NCBI GenBank assembly: GCA_030390025.1
Contig: CM059432.1
Span: forward strand, 52,578,001-52,642,000
DNA: 64,000 nt
Direction of reading: 5' to 3'
From: Squalus acanthias
Taxonomy: Eukaryota
Shown here: positions 63,921-64,000 of the stretch, piece after piece
Numbering within the stretch: the first letter of the stretch is position 1
Layout of the letters: each line of letters opens with the position of its first letter
The notes under the pieces: model-generated
What the model was told of the DNA's origin: nothing
What the model saw: only the letters and a program-made list of their open reading frames with translations
Database searches by the model: none
Program-made: the position numbers and the translations under genes

Positions 63921-64000
63921 GTGAGTTTGTGAAGCTGGTATAACTAGGACAATGACACTTCATGGAAAAAAGGATCTGTGACCTTTTTTCATAACTTATG

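Overview
Eukaryotic, vertebrate genomic DNA, most likely from a cartilaginous fish (shark). The inference rests on HE1/V-SINE-, DeuSINE/SacSINE1- and LF-SINE-like repeats and dense CR1/L2 LINEs. Most of the window is transposable-element debris: CR1 LINEs (one near full length), L2 fragments, a CR1-group LINE family with a tRNA-like 5' head, Penelope-like elements (PLEs) carrying minimal hammerhead ribozymes, a near-intact Tigger/pogo transposon, many PIF/Harbinger-type non-autonomous elements, a Mutator-like MITE and a 1.1-kb solo LTR. A multi-level nest spans about 26.8-41 kb. Host-gene signal is limited. The last two probable coding exons of an unidentified + strand gene lie at 8538-8676 and 12638-12855. 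A second unidentified + strand gene has a CpG-island promoter with a 33-bp VNTR and a first exon (46.8-47.6 kb), plus candidate downstream exons at 63.3-63.9 kb. Family names come from recognising motifs by eye, not from database searches. Boundaries without a stated target-site duplication (TSD) or terminal inverted repeat (TIR) are approximate.
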